From contig CAMOYC010000001.1 in NCBI GenBank assembly GCA_946629665.1, forward strand, positions 1 through 58,648: a DNA stretch of 58,648 nucleotides. Reading direction: 5' to 3'. Origin of the DNA: an uncultured Lachnospiraceae bacterium. GTDB lineage: Bacteria > Bacillota > Clostridia > Lachnospirales > Lachnospiraceae. How positions within the stretch are numbered: position 1 is the stretch's first letter; every line of letters starts with the position of its first letter. Both the position numbers and the translations under genes were made by a program. Shown here one piece after another: positions 18,284 through 28,115 of this stretch. Below the pieces are notes generated by a model. It did not search any database. It worked only from the letters and a program-made list of their open reading frames with translations, and was not told where the DNA came from.

Positions 18284-20056
18284 ATGGATAATTATAAGAT
18301 CACCCAGTATTCGGTAAACAGCATACTTGGTTTTGTAGAAAGCTCTCAGATTGCGATCCCTGAGATCCAGCGCCCCTTTGTTTGGAAAGAGAAGGAAGTG
18401 AGGGATCTTATAGACTCCCTTTATGAAGGATATCCGATCGGATATCTGATCGTATGGCAGAATTCCAAGGTAAGACTCCGGGGCTTCGGCAAAGGCGGAA
18501 CCAAGAAGATCCTCATAGACGGTCAGCAGAGAGTGACTGCATTGATGGCAGCCCTCATGGGCAAGGAAGTGCTGGATGACCAGTACAGGTCTCACAGGAT
18601 CATCATTTCCTTCAATCCCCTTGCGGAGGACGGGGAGAACCGTTTTGCTGTCTATGATGATTCCATTGCAAAGGACCCTCGCTGGATTCCTGACATTTCC
18701 GTACTCTACCGGAAAGGTTTTTCCTACCGGAAATTCGAAAAAGAGTACATGGACCGGAATCCGGACCTGAACTTTGACGGACTGGAAACAGCGATCGATA
18801 CCATGAGAGATATCGTGAAACACCAGGTAGGTGTTATTGAGCTTTCCTTCATCCTGGATATTGACGTGGTATCCGAGATCTTTATCCGGATCAACCTGCA
18901 GGGCAAGCCCCTTAACCAGGAAGATTTCGCTATGTCAAAGATCTCTGTCAATGAGAAATACGATGGTGACTATATCCGCAATACCATCGATTACTTCTGC
19001 CATCTGCAGAAGGAGCCTTCCTTTTATGCGGTGATCAACGAAAACGACCAGGAGTTTATGTCCTCCGAATACGGGCGGGAAATTTCCTGGTGCGCAAAAC
19101 CCGGTCAGGGCCTCTATGTGCCGTCTTATGCAGATGTGCTGAAAGTGGTCAATATCGCTTACTTCGGCAAGAGCAGGATCGGAGATCTGGTCGGCCTGCT
19201 GTCCGGAAAGACTCCGGGCACGAGAGAGGTTTCCCAGAAGGTGGCAAAAGAATCCTTCGGATTGCTGGGAGAGGGAGTGAAAGCATTTGTCAGGGAATCC
19301 AATTTTAACGGCTTCCAGGAAGCCCTGAGGAAAGCCGGTTACTGCTGTGACAGGCTGATCTATTCCCAGTCGGTCATCAACTACTGTTATGCGATGTATC
19401 TGCTCATGGACCGGCAGGGAGTCGCAGATGAGAAGAAGCAGTCCCTGATCGGAAGATGGATGAGCATGGCCCTCATGACCGGTCATTACCAGGGATCTCC
19501 TGACGGTGTTCTGCTCAGGGATTACGAGAATATCCGAAGAGAAGGCTTTGAGGCTTATCTCAGCCAGATCGAGGACCTGCGCCTGACGGCAGACTTCTAC
19601 GATGCCATCCTCCCGGACCGTTTTGCAAGCACTACTGTCCGCACAGCACCGTTCCTGACCTATATCGCATCTCTTTGCGCTTCCGGAGCAAAGTCCCTCT
19701 ACAGTGCAGATGAAACAGTAGCCGACCTGTTTGCAGCAAGGGCAGAGTCCTATCAGATCCTCCCCAAGAAGTATCTGGAGAAATGTGGTTTCAAGACCAG
19801 GGAAACCTACGGTCAGGTTGCCAATATCACATATATCTCCAAGGCGGCCAAAGCGATTGTTAAGAAGGCAGAACCCAAGGCTTACAAGGATGCTTTGGAA
19901 GAAAATGTCGGCGCTGATGTGATCACAGCCAGTCTGAAGGAGAATCATCTGTCGGAAGAGATCTTCAAACTGGAAGATAAGGATGCGGCTGCTTTCCTTG
20001 CCGATCGCAGAAAATGTATGGCCCAGGCCGTTAAGGCATATTATGAAGCTCTCTGA
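18284..20056 (+). CDS. DUF262 (GmrSD-like, ParB/Srx-fold) domain protein with degenerate C-terminal HNH-like region
   Basis: IPEIQRPFVW, GYPIG, ILIDGQQR and IFIRINLQGKPL are DUF262 motifs. GGAGG RBS; starts 25 bp after codY. Confidence 0.85.
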   Translation: MDNYKITQYSVNSILGFVESSQIAIPEIQRPFVWKEKEVRDLIDSLYEGYPIGYLIVWQNSKVRLRGFGKGGTKKILIDGQQRVTALMAALMGKEVLDDQYRSHRIIISFNPLAEDGENRFAVYDDSIAKDPRWIPDISVLYRKGFSYRKFEKEYMDRNPDLNFDGLETAIDTMRDIVKHQVGVIELSFILDIDVVSEIFIRINLQGKPLNQEDFAMSKISVNEKYDGDYIRNTIDYFCHLQKEPSFYAVINENDQEFMSSEYGREISWCAKPGQGLYVPSYADVLKVVNIAYFGKSRIGDLVGLLSGKTPGTREVSQKVAKESFGLLGEGVKAFVRESNFNGFQEALRKAGYCCDRLIYSQSVINYCYAMYLLMDRQGVADEKKQSLIGRWMSMALMTGHYQGSPDGVLLRDYENIRREGFEAYLSQIEDLRLTADFYDAILPDRFASTTVRTAPFLTYIASLCASGAKSLYSADETVADLFAARAESYQILPKKYLEKCGFKTRETYGQVANITYISKAAKAIVKKAEPKAYKDALEENVGADVITASLKENHLSEEIFKLEDKDAAAFLADRRKCMAQAVKAYYEAL

Positions 20057-20144
20057 TGTCTCTTCAGACAGCCTGTAAATTGCCATAATTCCTACTTGCA
20101 TGGAACATTCATTTATGATATATTAGTTCTGTTGCGTAATTATT

Positions 20145-20215
20145 ACTCACGCAGTCGGATTCTGTCGGCCCAGTGCCTGGAAACAGGTGGCCGAGGAATA
20201 AGAAGGCTGCGGAAG
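20145..20215 (+). promoter_or_regulatory. rpsB 5' leader RNA (S2 autoregulatory / t44-like structure)
   Basis: Nested pairings CGCAGTC/GGCTGCG, ATTC/GAAT, TCGGCC/GGCCGA and CCTG-GAAA-CAGG directly upstream of the rpsB RBS. Confidence 0.7.
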
Positions 20216-20238
20216 AAAAACGAAAAGGAGATAGAAAC

Positions 20239-20961
20239 ATGAGTGTAATTTCAATGAAACAGTTACTCGAAGCAGGTGTACATTTCGGACATCAGACAAG
20301 AAGATGGAACCCTAAGATGGCTCCTTATATCTACACAGAGCGTAACGGCATCTACATCATCGACCTTCAGAAGTCTGTAGGCATGGTTGACGAAGCTTAC
20401 GATGCAGTCCGCAAGTGCGTAGAGGAAGGCGGAAAGATCCTCTTTGTAGGAACCAAGAAGCAGGCGCAGGATTCCATCCGCAACGAAGCTGAGAGATGCG
20501 GTATGTACTACGTTAACCAGAGATGGTTAGGCGGAATGATCACAAACTTCAAGACCATCCAGAGCCGTATTGCCCAGCTCAAGAAGATTGAAGCCATGGA
20601 GGAAGACGGAACTTTCGATGTACTTCCCAAGAAGGAAGTTATCCAGCTGAAGAAGCAGCAGGAGAAGTTAGAGAAGAACCTTGGCGGAATCAAGGAGATG
20701 GAAGATGTTCCGGATATGATCTTCGTTGTTGATCCCAGAAAAGAAAGAATCTGCGTACAGGAAGCACACACACTTGGTATTCCTTTAGTAGGTATCTGTG
20801 ATACAAACTGTGATCCGGAAGAGCTGGATTATGTGATCCCCGGCAATGACGATGCGATCCGTGCCGTTAAGCTGATCGTTTCCAAGATGGCAGACGCTGT
20901 TATCGAAGGAAACCAGGGCGTTGATGCAGAAGTATCCGAGGAAGCAGAAATCGAAGAGTAA
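20239..20961 (+). CDS. rpsB: 30S ribosomal protein S2
   Basis: [27 protein letters not shown] and [10 protein letters not shown]. Start ATG 20239 follows AAGGAG. Confidence 0.99.
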   Translation: MSVISMKQLLEAGVHFGHQTRRWNPKMAPYIYTERNGIYIIDLQKSVGMVDEAYDAVRKCVEEGGKILFVGTKKQAQDSIRNEAERCGMYYVNQRWLGGMITNFKTIQSRIAQLKKIEAMEEDGTFDVLPKKEVIQLKKQQEKLEKNLGGIKEMEDVPDMIFVVDPRKERICVQEAHTLGIPLVGICDTNCDPEELDYVIPGNDDAIRAVKLIVSKMADAVIEGNQGVDAEVSEEAEIEE

Positions 20962-21006
20962 TTTCGTTTAGTTTCTACATAGAATAATCCCAAGGAGGAA
21001 GATAGA

Positions 21007-21942
21007 ATGGCTATCACAGCAAAACAGGTAAAAGAGTTACGTGAGATGACAGGTGCCGGCATGATGGACTGTAAGAAGGCTCTTACAGCTACAGACGGTG
21101 ATTTTGATAAAGCGATCGAGTTCTTAAGAGAAAAAGGACTTGCAACGGCTGAGAAGAAGGCCGGCAGAATTGCAGCAGAAGGTATCGTAAAGGTACTGGT
21201 ATCTGATGATGCCCACAAGGCAGTAGCAGTAGAGGTTAACGCAGAGACTGACTTCGTTGCAAAGAACGACAAGTTCCAGGCATATGTAGCTCAGGTTGCT
21301 GAGCAGGCTATGGACACCAAGGCAGCTGACATCGACGCTTTCCTTGCTGAGACTTGGAAGTTTGATGAGAGCAAGACCGTGAAAGAAGCCCTGGCAGCTC
21401 AGATCGCTGTTATTGGTGAGAACATGAACATCCGTCGTTTCACCCAGATGGAAGAGGAAGCAGGATTTATCGCTTCCTACACTCATATGGGCGGAAAGAT
21501 CGGCGTTTTATTAGACGTTGAAACTGACGTAGTGAACGATGAAGTTAAGGATATGGCTAAGAATCTCTGCATGCAGATCGCAGCGATGAAGCCGAAGTAC
21601 ACAGACCGTTCTGAGGTAGATCAGGACTACTTAAAGAAAGAGGAAGAGATCCTCACAGCAGCAGCTAAGAATGAGAAGCCCGACGCAAACGATAAGATCA
21701 TCACCGGTATGGTGAAAGGACGTCTCAACAAAGAGCTGAAAGAGATCTGCCTGATGGATCAGGTATACGTTAAGGCTGAGGATGGCAAGCAGCCTGTTAA
21801 CAAGTATGTTGCAGAAGTAGCGAAAGCTAACGGTGCTACCATCAAGATCAAAGGATTCGTTCGTATGGAGACAGGCGAAGGAATCGAGAAGAAGCAGGAG
21901 GACTTCGCCGCAGAAGTTGCTGCTCAGATGGCAGGAAAGTAA
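21007..21942 (+). CDS. tsf: Translation elongation factor Ts
   Basis: VKELREMTGAGMMDCKKAL and EVNAETDFVAKN motifs. Confidence 0.99.
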   Translation: MAITAKQVKELREMTGAGMMDCKKALTATDGDFDKAIEFLREKGLATAEKKAGRIAAEGIVKVLVSDDAHKAVAVEVNAETDFVAKNDKFQAYVAQVAEQAMDTKAADIDAFLAETWKFDESKTVKEALAAQIAVIGENMNIRRFTQMEEEAGFIASYTHMGGKIGVLLDVETDVVNDEVKDMAKNLCMQIAAMKPKYTDRSEVDQDYLKKEEEILTAAAKNEKPDANDKIITGMVKGRLNKELKEICLMDQVYVKAEDGKQPVNKYVAEVAKANGATIKIKGFVRMETGEGIEKKQEDFAAEVAAQMAGK

Positions 21943-21971
21943 GAAGAACCTGCTTTTACATAAGAGTTTAT

Positions 21972-22010
21972 AAAGGCTGTGGAACCGCCGGGTTCCACAG
22001 CCTTTTCTTT
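21972..22010 (+). terminator. Intrinsic terminator of rpsB-tsf
   Basis: Perfect 15-bp stem AAAGGCTGTGGAACC-gccg-GGTTCCACAGCCTTT plus T tail. Confidence 0.9.
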
Positions 22011-22077
22011 ATTGTACTTTTTGCCCGGATAGATTATAATCAGAGTAAGAGAATGGTTTGCAGCGACGAGGAAAAAT

Positions 22078-24213
22078 ATGAATAGAGAATTTAAGATAGA
22101 AGCAATCACGATCTCAAGATTTGTAATTGGTATTATCATACTGACCACTGCGATCATCCTGACGATTTCATCTTTATTCAGTATTATTGTGTACAATATG
22201 CAGATTGAGAATGTATACGATGAAATGGGCAAAGCACTCGCCGGAGAAGCTTTGACTCAGGTTGACATTAAAGAAGTGAGAACTCTGGCAACGGAGTGTA
22301 ATGATATATATCAGGCCTACAAAGATCCCAAGGCATCTTATGATAAAAACCCGGAGGCCTTCGAAGCAGGTTTCCGTAGTATTGCAGATTCTGCAAGATA
22401 TATGGATCTCTGGAACCATCTTAACGAGTTGAGAAGAGGCAGTAACTCAACGGCATTTGACCTGGTCCTTTTCTACCCGGACGAGAATCTGGGAATCTAT
22501 ATTATCGATGCCAGCGACGCCAATATTCTTCCCTGCGGGAATCTGTTCACCATCAACCTGGACCGATACTTTGATCACAAAAAGAATCTGTTTCTTGGCT
22601 TTTATTCCTTTTCAAAGGTGTACGGAAAAGTGCGCACCAGTGGAAAGCCGGTCGTCATTGATCCGGCCAATGATGTCTACTGCTTTTTAACAGCGGATAT
22701 ACCTACCAGTATCATTAATACCCACATCATGAAATATATCATGGAAACCGGCTTTGCCGGTCTCTTGATCGGAATCCTGATCTCCATAGGATCTCTTGGC
22801 ATTTTGAGAAAGCAGATCCTGAAACCTCTTAAAAAGATCACCTTTTTATCGGAACGTTTTGTGGATGGTTATGAGGCCAGGTCAGGAGTCGGGGAAGATT
22901 CCCATGTTTTCCTGGACACCGATATGGGGTCGATCCGTGAGATCAAGGAGTTGATGCGGTCCCTTCAGAGCATGGAAAGGGAGATGAACTCCTATTTAAG
23001 AAGTCTGGACGCAGCGTCCCGGGAAAGTTCGCGGATCACCACGGAGCTGGATATCGGAGCCAAGATCCAGGCAGCTGCTTTGCCGGAACTATATCCTGAT
23101 TTTTCAGATCGGGCAGAGTATGAGATTGCGGCTTCTATGATGCCCGCCAAGCTGGTGGGAGGAGATTTCTTTGATTTCTTCTATATCGATCCTGACCATC
23201 TGGCTTTGGTGATCGCTGACGTGTCCGGCAAAGGAGTCCCGGCAGCCATGCTCATGATGTCCGCCAAGATCACGATCAAGGACAGGGCTTTGGGCGGAGG
23301 CACTCCGGCAGAGATCCTTGCCTACGCCAACGACCAGTTATGTAAGAATAATGCGACAGAGATGTTTGTTACGGTCTGGATGGGCATCCTGACCATATCA
23401 ACCGGCAAGATCGTCGCAGCGAATGCAGGTCACGAATATCCTGCGATCAGGAAAAAGAACTTTGGCTTTGAGTTACTGAAAGACCGACATGGACTTGTGG
23501 TCGGCGCAATGGAGGGCATCCGCTATCATGATTACGAAATCCTGCTGGAACCGGGAGATGCGATCTACCTTTATACAGATGGTATCACGGAAGCCTCCAA
23601 CAGTGATTACCAGCTGTTCGGAAAGGACCGGATGCTGGCCGCTCTGAATCAGAAACCGGGTGGAGACAGTAATGAGCTTATACGGGAAGTTACGGCACAG
23701 GCATCCCGGTTTACCGGAAATGAACCTCAGTTTGACGATATGACACAGCTTTGTGTGATCTACAAGGGAACAGAATCGATGAAAAAGGAAAGATATAAAG
23801 AAATTATCATAGACGCACAGATCGATAAACTGCCGCAGGTGCTTGCTTTCCTCGGTGAGATGCTTGATGAGATCGATTGTTTTCTGAAAGCCCGGATGCA
23901 GCTGGAGATCGCGGTGGAGGAGATCTTTGTGAACATCGCCAGCTATGCCTATGAAGGTGGAGAAGGGAAAGCCACGATCCGCTGTTCTTACGATGAGGAA
24001 GATGAGATGCTCAGCGTAATGTTCCGTGACAGTGGAAGTCCCTTTGATCCGATCAGTGCAAGTGATCCTGATGTCCATATTCCGATCGATGACAGACAGA
24101 TTGGCGGTCTTGGCATATTCATGGTGAAAAAGAGTATGGATGAGGTAATCTATGAGCGCGAAGGCGGGGAAAATATTCTGACGATCAGGAAAAAAACGGG
24201 CCTTCCTGCTTAA
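22078..24213 (+). CDS. Membrane sensor with SpoIIE/RsbU-type PP2C phosphatase fused to an RsbW-like (HATPase_c_2) kinase domain
   Basis: Two TM helices flank an extracytoplasmic region. PP2C motifs VGGDFFD, IADVSGKG, NAGH, YTDGITEA, DDMT; C-terminal EEIFVNIASYAY, DSGSPFDP, GGLGIFMVKK. Confidence 0.9.
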   Translation: MNREFKIEAITISRFVIGIIILTTAIILTISSLFSIIVYNMQIENVYDEMGKALAGEALTQVDIKEVRTLATECNDIYQAYKDPKASYDKNPEAFEAGFRSIADSARYMDLWNHLNELRRGSNSTAFDLVLFYPDENLGIYIIDASDANILPCGNLFTINLDRYFDHKKNLFLGFYSFSKVYGKVRTSGKPVVIDPANDVYCFLTADIPTSIINTHIMKYIMETGFAGLLIGILISIGSLGILRKQILKPLKKITFLSERFVDGYEARSGVGEDSHVFLDTDMGSIREIKELMRSLQSMEREMNSYLRSLDAASRESSRITTELDIGAKIQAAALPELYPDFSDRAEYEIAASMMPAKLVGGDFFDFFYIDPDHLALVIADVSGKGVPAAMLMMSAKITIKDRALGGGTPAEILAYANDQLCKNNATEMFVTVWMGILTISTGKIVAANAGHEYPAIRKKNFGFELLKDRHGLVVGAMEGIRYHDYEILLEPGDAIYLYTDGITEASNSDYQLFGKDRMLAALNQKPGGDSNELIREVTAQASRFTGNEPQFDDMTQLCVIYKGTESMKKERYKEIIIDAQIDKLPQVLAFLGEMLDEIDCFLKARMQLEIAVEEIFVNIASYAYEGGEGKATIRCSYDEEDEMLSVMFRDSGSPFDPISASDPDVHIPIDDRQIGGLGIFMVKKSMDEVIYEREGGENILTIRKKTGLPA

Positions 24214-24262
24214 AATAATGTGACGTGAACAGAAAAGACTTCGAATAGGAGGGGGTGATCCT

Positions 24263-26743
24263 ATGTACGCTTGTCCTGCCTGTGGGGACGAATTGAAATA
24301 TGATATATCAATCGGTAAATTGGTTTGCGGAGCCTGCCGGACCCAATACCAGCCCGGTGACAAAAAACTGGTACAAAATGTGACGGAAGAACAGGAATAT
24401 ATCAACGCCAAGATCTATACCTGTCCTATGTGCGGCGGCGAAATGTACACCACGGATATTGACGCGACTGCATTTTGCAGTTACTGCGGTGCTTCCAATG
24501 TTCTGGAGTCCCGCATGGAAGGAGTGGACAGACCCCAGAAGATCATTCCTTTTACCGTGACAAAAGAGGCCTGTGAAGATGCATTTAACCGTATGGCAAA
24601 AAAGACACTTTTTGCCCCCAGAGAATTTAAGAACGGTTCAGGGCTGCAGACAATGCGGCCCCTTTATGTGCCCTATCGACTTTACCATGTTACCCTTAAT
24701 GGTCCGGCAAAGCTTTACGGGCGGGCCAACTGGATCGATGGAGTTACCGAGTACGTGGAAGACCGGGAGATCACCTGCAATCTGCATGGCGATTTTAAGG
24801 ATATTTCCTATGATGCTTCCATCGCATTTGATGATACTCTGGCAAAACAGATCGGTCCTTTTTCCATGAAAGAGAGCCAACCCTTTGATTCCACTTATCT
24901 GGCAGGGGCTTATGCCAACATCCCGGATGTGGATTCTGAGATCTACCGGGAGAAGGCGCTGGAATTTGCTGCGGAAGAAACGCTGGAAACGATGCATAAA
25001 AAATCTGCTTTCGGCAGTCTGGATCTGAAGGCCTACCCGGACGGTTCTTCTTTCAAGGACCATCTGACGGTGACGGCCCGCGATGAATACACAGCTTTAC
25101 TTCCAATCTGGTTTACCTCCTTCCGAAGAGGAAAGAGGATTGCCTACGCGGCGGTGAACGGGCAGAACGGGAAGGTGTATTCCGATATTCCGGTGAGCCT
25201 GCCGGCTTTCTGGCTGAGCAGTCTGCTGGTGTCTCTCCCGATCTTTTTTCTGTTTAACCTGTTTTTTACATTCCGACCCACAACGGGACTTCTGATCGCA
25301 TGTCTGCTGGCCTTTGTCGCTGCGATTCTTTACACCGGCAACTCAGCCGAGATCCGCAGGAGGGAGCTGCATCTGGACGATGTTGGTTACAGGGCTTCGC
25401 AGGAAGAACTGGAAAAGGCAGGAGACAGCCCCCTGGAACAGGACTTCTTTCATCGTGTGATCCTGGGGAAAGAAAGCCGGGGAAAACCGAAGATGAAGAA
25501 AAATATTTTCGATTTTGGGCTGAAAGCTTTTTCCTACTGGCCTTATATCGTCATGGCTGTCCTGGCCATGTTCTTTTTCAGGCCCCTTCTGTGGGCGATG
25601 ATTACGGTCTTTACGGCAATCTATTGTCTGAGAAAAACCGGGGGCAGGATCAATTTCCTGTCTGCCCTGCTGCTCCTTGCAGGAACTGCCGGCCTGATCA
25701 TCCGGGAACTGAATCTGGTTTCTGACCTCTGGTTCTACGGAGGCAGTATCCTGATCCTCGTTCTTACGGTGATCGCTCTGAGCGGACTGCTCATCCAGTA
25801 TAACCTGCTTGCAACGAGACCGCTTCCCCTGCTTTTCCGCGAGGGAAAAACAGGTAGCTCCGATGATGGTTCCGGGAAGATGAAAAAGACGGCTGCTTTT
25901 TTACTGGCTTTCCTGGTCCTGGCCGCCTCCCTTGCCGGCTTTTTCTCTCTTGATCCGATTCCGGGTAAAGCGGAAGAAACCCAGGTGGTAGATGCCTACG
26001 AGAACCCGGAAACCGGCTATCTTAAGTTTATCCAGGATGACGAGGACCTGCTGACAGCGGACGAAGAAAAGAAGCTGCTTGAGGATATGGATCCCCTGAC
26101 CCGGTACGGGCACGTCATCTTTCTTACTGACAACCAGCAGGATAAAACAGCCTTACAGTATGCCAAGGATTGGTACTATCTGAATTACCAGAACCAATCC
26201 GGCTGTCTTTTCCTGATCGATATGGGAACCAGAGAGCTCGCTCTTGTCACTGCAGGGGCTGCTCATAAGGCAATCGGTGATGATGAAGGCTATCTGATCA
26301 CGGATAATGTGTACAAATATGCTTCTAAAGGAGATTATTATAGTTGCGCCAGGGAGGCCTTCTCACAGTGCCGACGTCTGCTGGAAGGCTATAATATTCC
26401 CCGTCCCATGAAATATATCAACAATGTTCTCCTGGCTTTGATCCTGTCTGTGCTGATCAACTATGCGCTGATCCTGGTCCAGGCCAAAGGAAGAAAGACC
26501 GGAAGAAGCATGCTTGTCAGCGAAGTTGAGTGTGATTCACATGTAGACGAACCAAGATGGAACACGATGAAAGCCATAAGCCGGTTTTCTTTCGTAGGCC
26601 TTTGCACGATTCTGGCCCGCTTTATCCTGAGGGCCCTGATCGAATCCGCTTTAAGCGGCGGAGGAAGCGACAGCGATTCCGGAAGCGGAAGCGGCGGCGG
26701 TGGCGGCGGTTTTTCCGGCGGCGGAGGAAGCCACAGATTCTGA
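24263..26743 (+). CDS. Double Zn-ribbon membrane protein fused to a TPM domain with Gly-rich tail
   Basis: CPACG/CGAC and CPMCG/CSYCG ribbons, KIIPF and AVNGQNGKV motifs, TM helices; then DDEDLLTADEE..LFLIDM..RE (TPM-like) and GGGGGFSGGGGSHRF. Confidence 0.75.
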   Translation: MYACPACGDELKYDISIGKLVCGACRTQYQPGDKKLVQNVTEEQEYINAKIYTCPMCGGEMYTTDIDATAFCSYCGASNVLESRMEGVDRPQKIIPFTVTKEACEDAFNRMAKKTLFAPREFKNGSGLQTMRPLYVPYRLYHVTLNGPAKLYGRANWIDGVTEYVEDREITCNLHGDFKDISYDASIAFDDTLAKQIGPFSMKESQPFDSTYLAGAYANIPDVDSEIYREKALEFAAEETLETMHKKSAFGSLDLKAYPDGSSFKDHLTVTARDEYTALLPIWFTSFRRGKRIAYAAVNGQNGKVYSDIPVSLPAFWLSSLLVSLPIFFLFNLFFTFRPTTGLLIACLLAFVAAILYTGNSAEIRRRELHLDDVGYRASQEELEKAGDSPLEQDFFHRVILGKESRGKPKMKKNIFDFGLKAFSYWPYIVMAVLAMFFFRPLLWAMITVFTAIYCLRKTGGRINFLSALLLLAGTAGLIIRELNLVSDLWFYGGSILILVLTVIALSGLLIQYNLLATRPLPLLFREGKTGSSDDGSGKMKKTAAFLLAFLVLAASLAGFFSLDPIPGKAEETQVVDAYENPETGYLKFIQDDEDLLTADEEKKLLEDMDPLTRYGHVIFLTDNQQDKTALQYAKDWYYLNYQNQSGCLFLIDMGTRELALVTAGAAHKAIGDDEGYLITDNVYKYASKGDYYSCAREAFSQCRRLLEGYNIPRPMKYINNVLLALILSVLINYALILVQAKGRKTGRSMLVSEVECDSHVDEPRWNTMKAISRFSFVGLCTILARFILRALIESALSGGGSDSDSGSGSGGGGGGFSGGGGSHRF

Positions 26744-26756
26744 TAATTTCGGAAAT

Positions 26757-26801
26757 CTGTCCATAAGCTCTGTAACAGGGCAATGGACAGGTTTTCTTTT
26801 T
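26757..26801 (+). terminator. Probable intrinsic terminator
   Basis: CTGTCCAT...ATGGACAG outer stem with inner GCTCT/AGGGC, followed by GTTTTCTTTTT. Confidence 0.55.
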
Positions 26802-26837
26802 GGCAGATGATGAAACAAACATCTAAAGGGATAAAAA

Positions 26838-28115
26838 ATGGATACGATAGAGAGATTGAAACAAAGAGAAGAGCTGCTCTGGTTAAATCCGCACCTGCAG
26901 GCTGTGGAACCCAGAGAGAAGATCAACGGTTACGGCTTTGTATACATGAAAGCGGCCCAGAATCGGTTTATGAGATTTCTTCCCTATATCGCTTCTGTCT
27001 TTCCGGAGACGGCGGCAAAGAAGGGGATCATTGAGTCAGACCTTCTGCCTTTGGCTGCCATGAAGGATTGGATAAACAGCAGGGGTGCAGGCATTCAAGG
27101 GAAAGTTTTTTTGAAAGACGATGCCCGGCTTCCTATCGCCGGGTCCGTAAAGGCCAGAGGCGGCATCCATGAGGTGATGAAGATTGCGGAAATGCTGGCC
27201 CAGGAGAAGAAACATTTTCTTCCGACGGAAAATTACGTAAAACTGGATACCCCGGAATTCCGGGAATTATTTTCTTCCTATAAGATCCAGGTAGGTTCTA
27301 CAGGTAATCTTGGGATCAGCATTGGCAGAATGGCGGCGAGGATGGGATTTCAGGCGATCGTCCACATGTCCTCAGATGCCAAAGAATGGAAAAAAGAACT
27401 CCTTCGCAGGGAGGGTGTCATCATAAAAGAATATGATGGTGATTACAGCCATGCGGTTGCTGTAGGAAGGCAGGAATCTGCCCGGGAAGAAAATAGCTTT
27501 TTTGTGGACGACGAGAATTCAAGAGACCTCTTTTTCGGCTATTCTACGGCTGCGATGCGGGTGAGTGTCCAGCTTCGCAAAAAAGGGATTCCGGTGGACG
27601 GGGACCATCCCTTGTTTTTGTACCTGCCTTGTGGGGTCGGCGGGGCCCCTGGAGGTATCACTTTCGGTTTTAAGCAAATGTTCGGAAACCATGTCCATTG
27701 CTTCTTCGCAGAGCCGGTAGAAGCTCCCTGTTTTACTTTGGGAATGGCCAGCAGAAAGAAGGAAAAGATCAGTGTCTCTGCCATCGGCCTTTCCGGGAAG
27801 ACGGTTGCTGACGGACTTGCGGTAGGCAGGCCATCTGCCTTTGTCTGCGAGATGATGGAGCCTTTGGTGTCCGGTTCCTTTACGGTGTCCGACGAACATC
27901 TTATTGAGTATCAGCGGGCCCTCCTGGAAACGGAAGACATTTTCTTAGAACCCTCGGCATCTGCAGGTTTCCGTGGCCTTTTGGATGTGGGCAGACCGGA
28001 CAGCGGCTGGGCAGAATACATAAAGGCCCGGGGCCTTGAGAAATCCATGGGCCGGACTACCCACATTGTCTGGGGGACCGGCGGAGGATTGATGCCCCGG
28101 GATGAATCCTGTTAG
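26838..28115 (+). CDS. dsdA: D-serine ammonia-lyase
   Basis: PLP lysine motif LPIAGSVKARGGIHEV, VGSTGNLG, LYLPCGVGGAPGG, ADGLAVGR and WGTGG. Confidence 0.93.
   Translation: MDTIERLKQREELLWLNPHLQAVEPREKINGYGFVYMKAAQNRFMRFLPYIASVFPETAAKKGIIESDLLPLAAMKDWINSRGAGIQGKVFLKDDARLPIAGSVKARGGIHEVMKIAEMLAQEKKHFLPTENYVKLDTPEFRELFSSYKIQVGSTGNLGISIGRMAARMGFQAIVHMSSDAKEWKKELLRREGVIIKEYDGDYSHAVAVGRQESAREENSFFVDDENSRDLFFGYSTAAMRVSVQLRKKGIPVDGDHPLFLYLPCGVGGAPGGITFGFKQMFGNHVHCFFAEPVEAPCFTLGMASRKKEKISVSAIGLSGKTVADGLAVGRPSAFVCEMMEPLVSGSFTVSDEHLIEYQRALLETEDIFLEPSASAGFRGLLDVGRPDSGWAEYIKARGLEKSMGRTTHIVWGTGGGLMPRDESC

Noticed and set aside
18935-20101. 388-aa antisense ORF opposite the DUF262 gene
   Set aside because: Lies almost entirely opposite a motif-bearing gene, has no recognisable domain, and fits a codon-bias shadow ORF.
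26655-26730. GGC/GGAAGC low-complexity repeats
   Set aside because: They encode the Gly/Ser-rich tail typical of TPM-domain proteins; not a CRISPR or independent repeat.
26734-26758. Possible CodY boxes upstream of dsdA
   Set aside because: Four to five mismatches to AATTTTCWGAAAATT; too weak to call.
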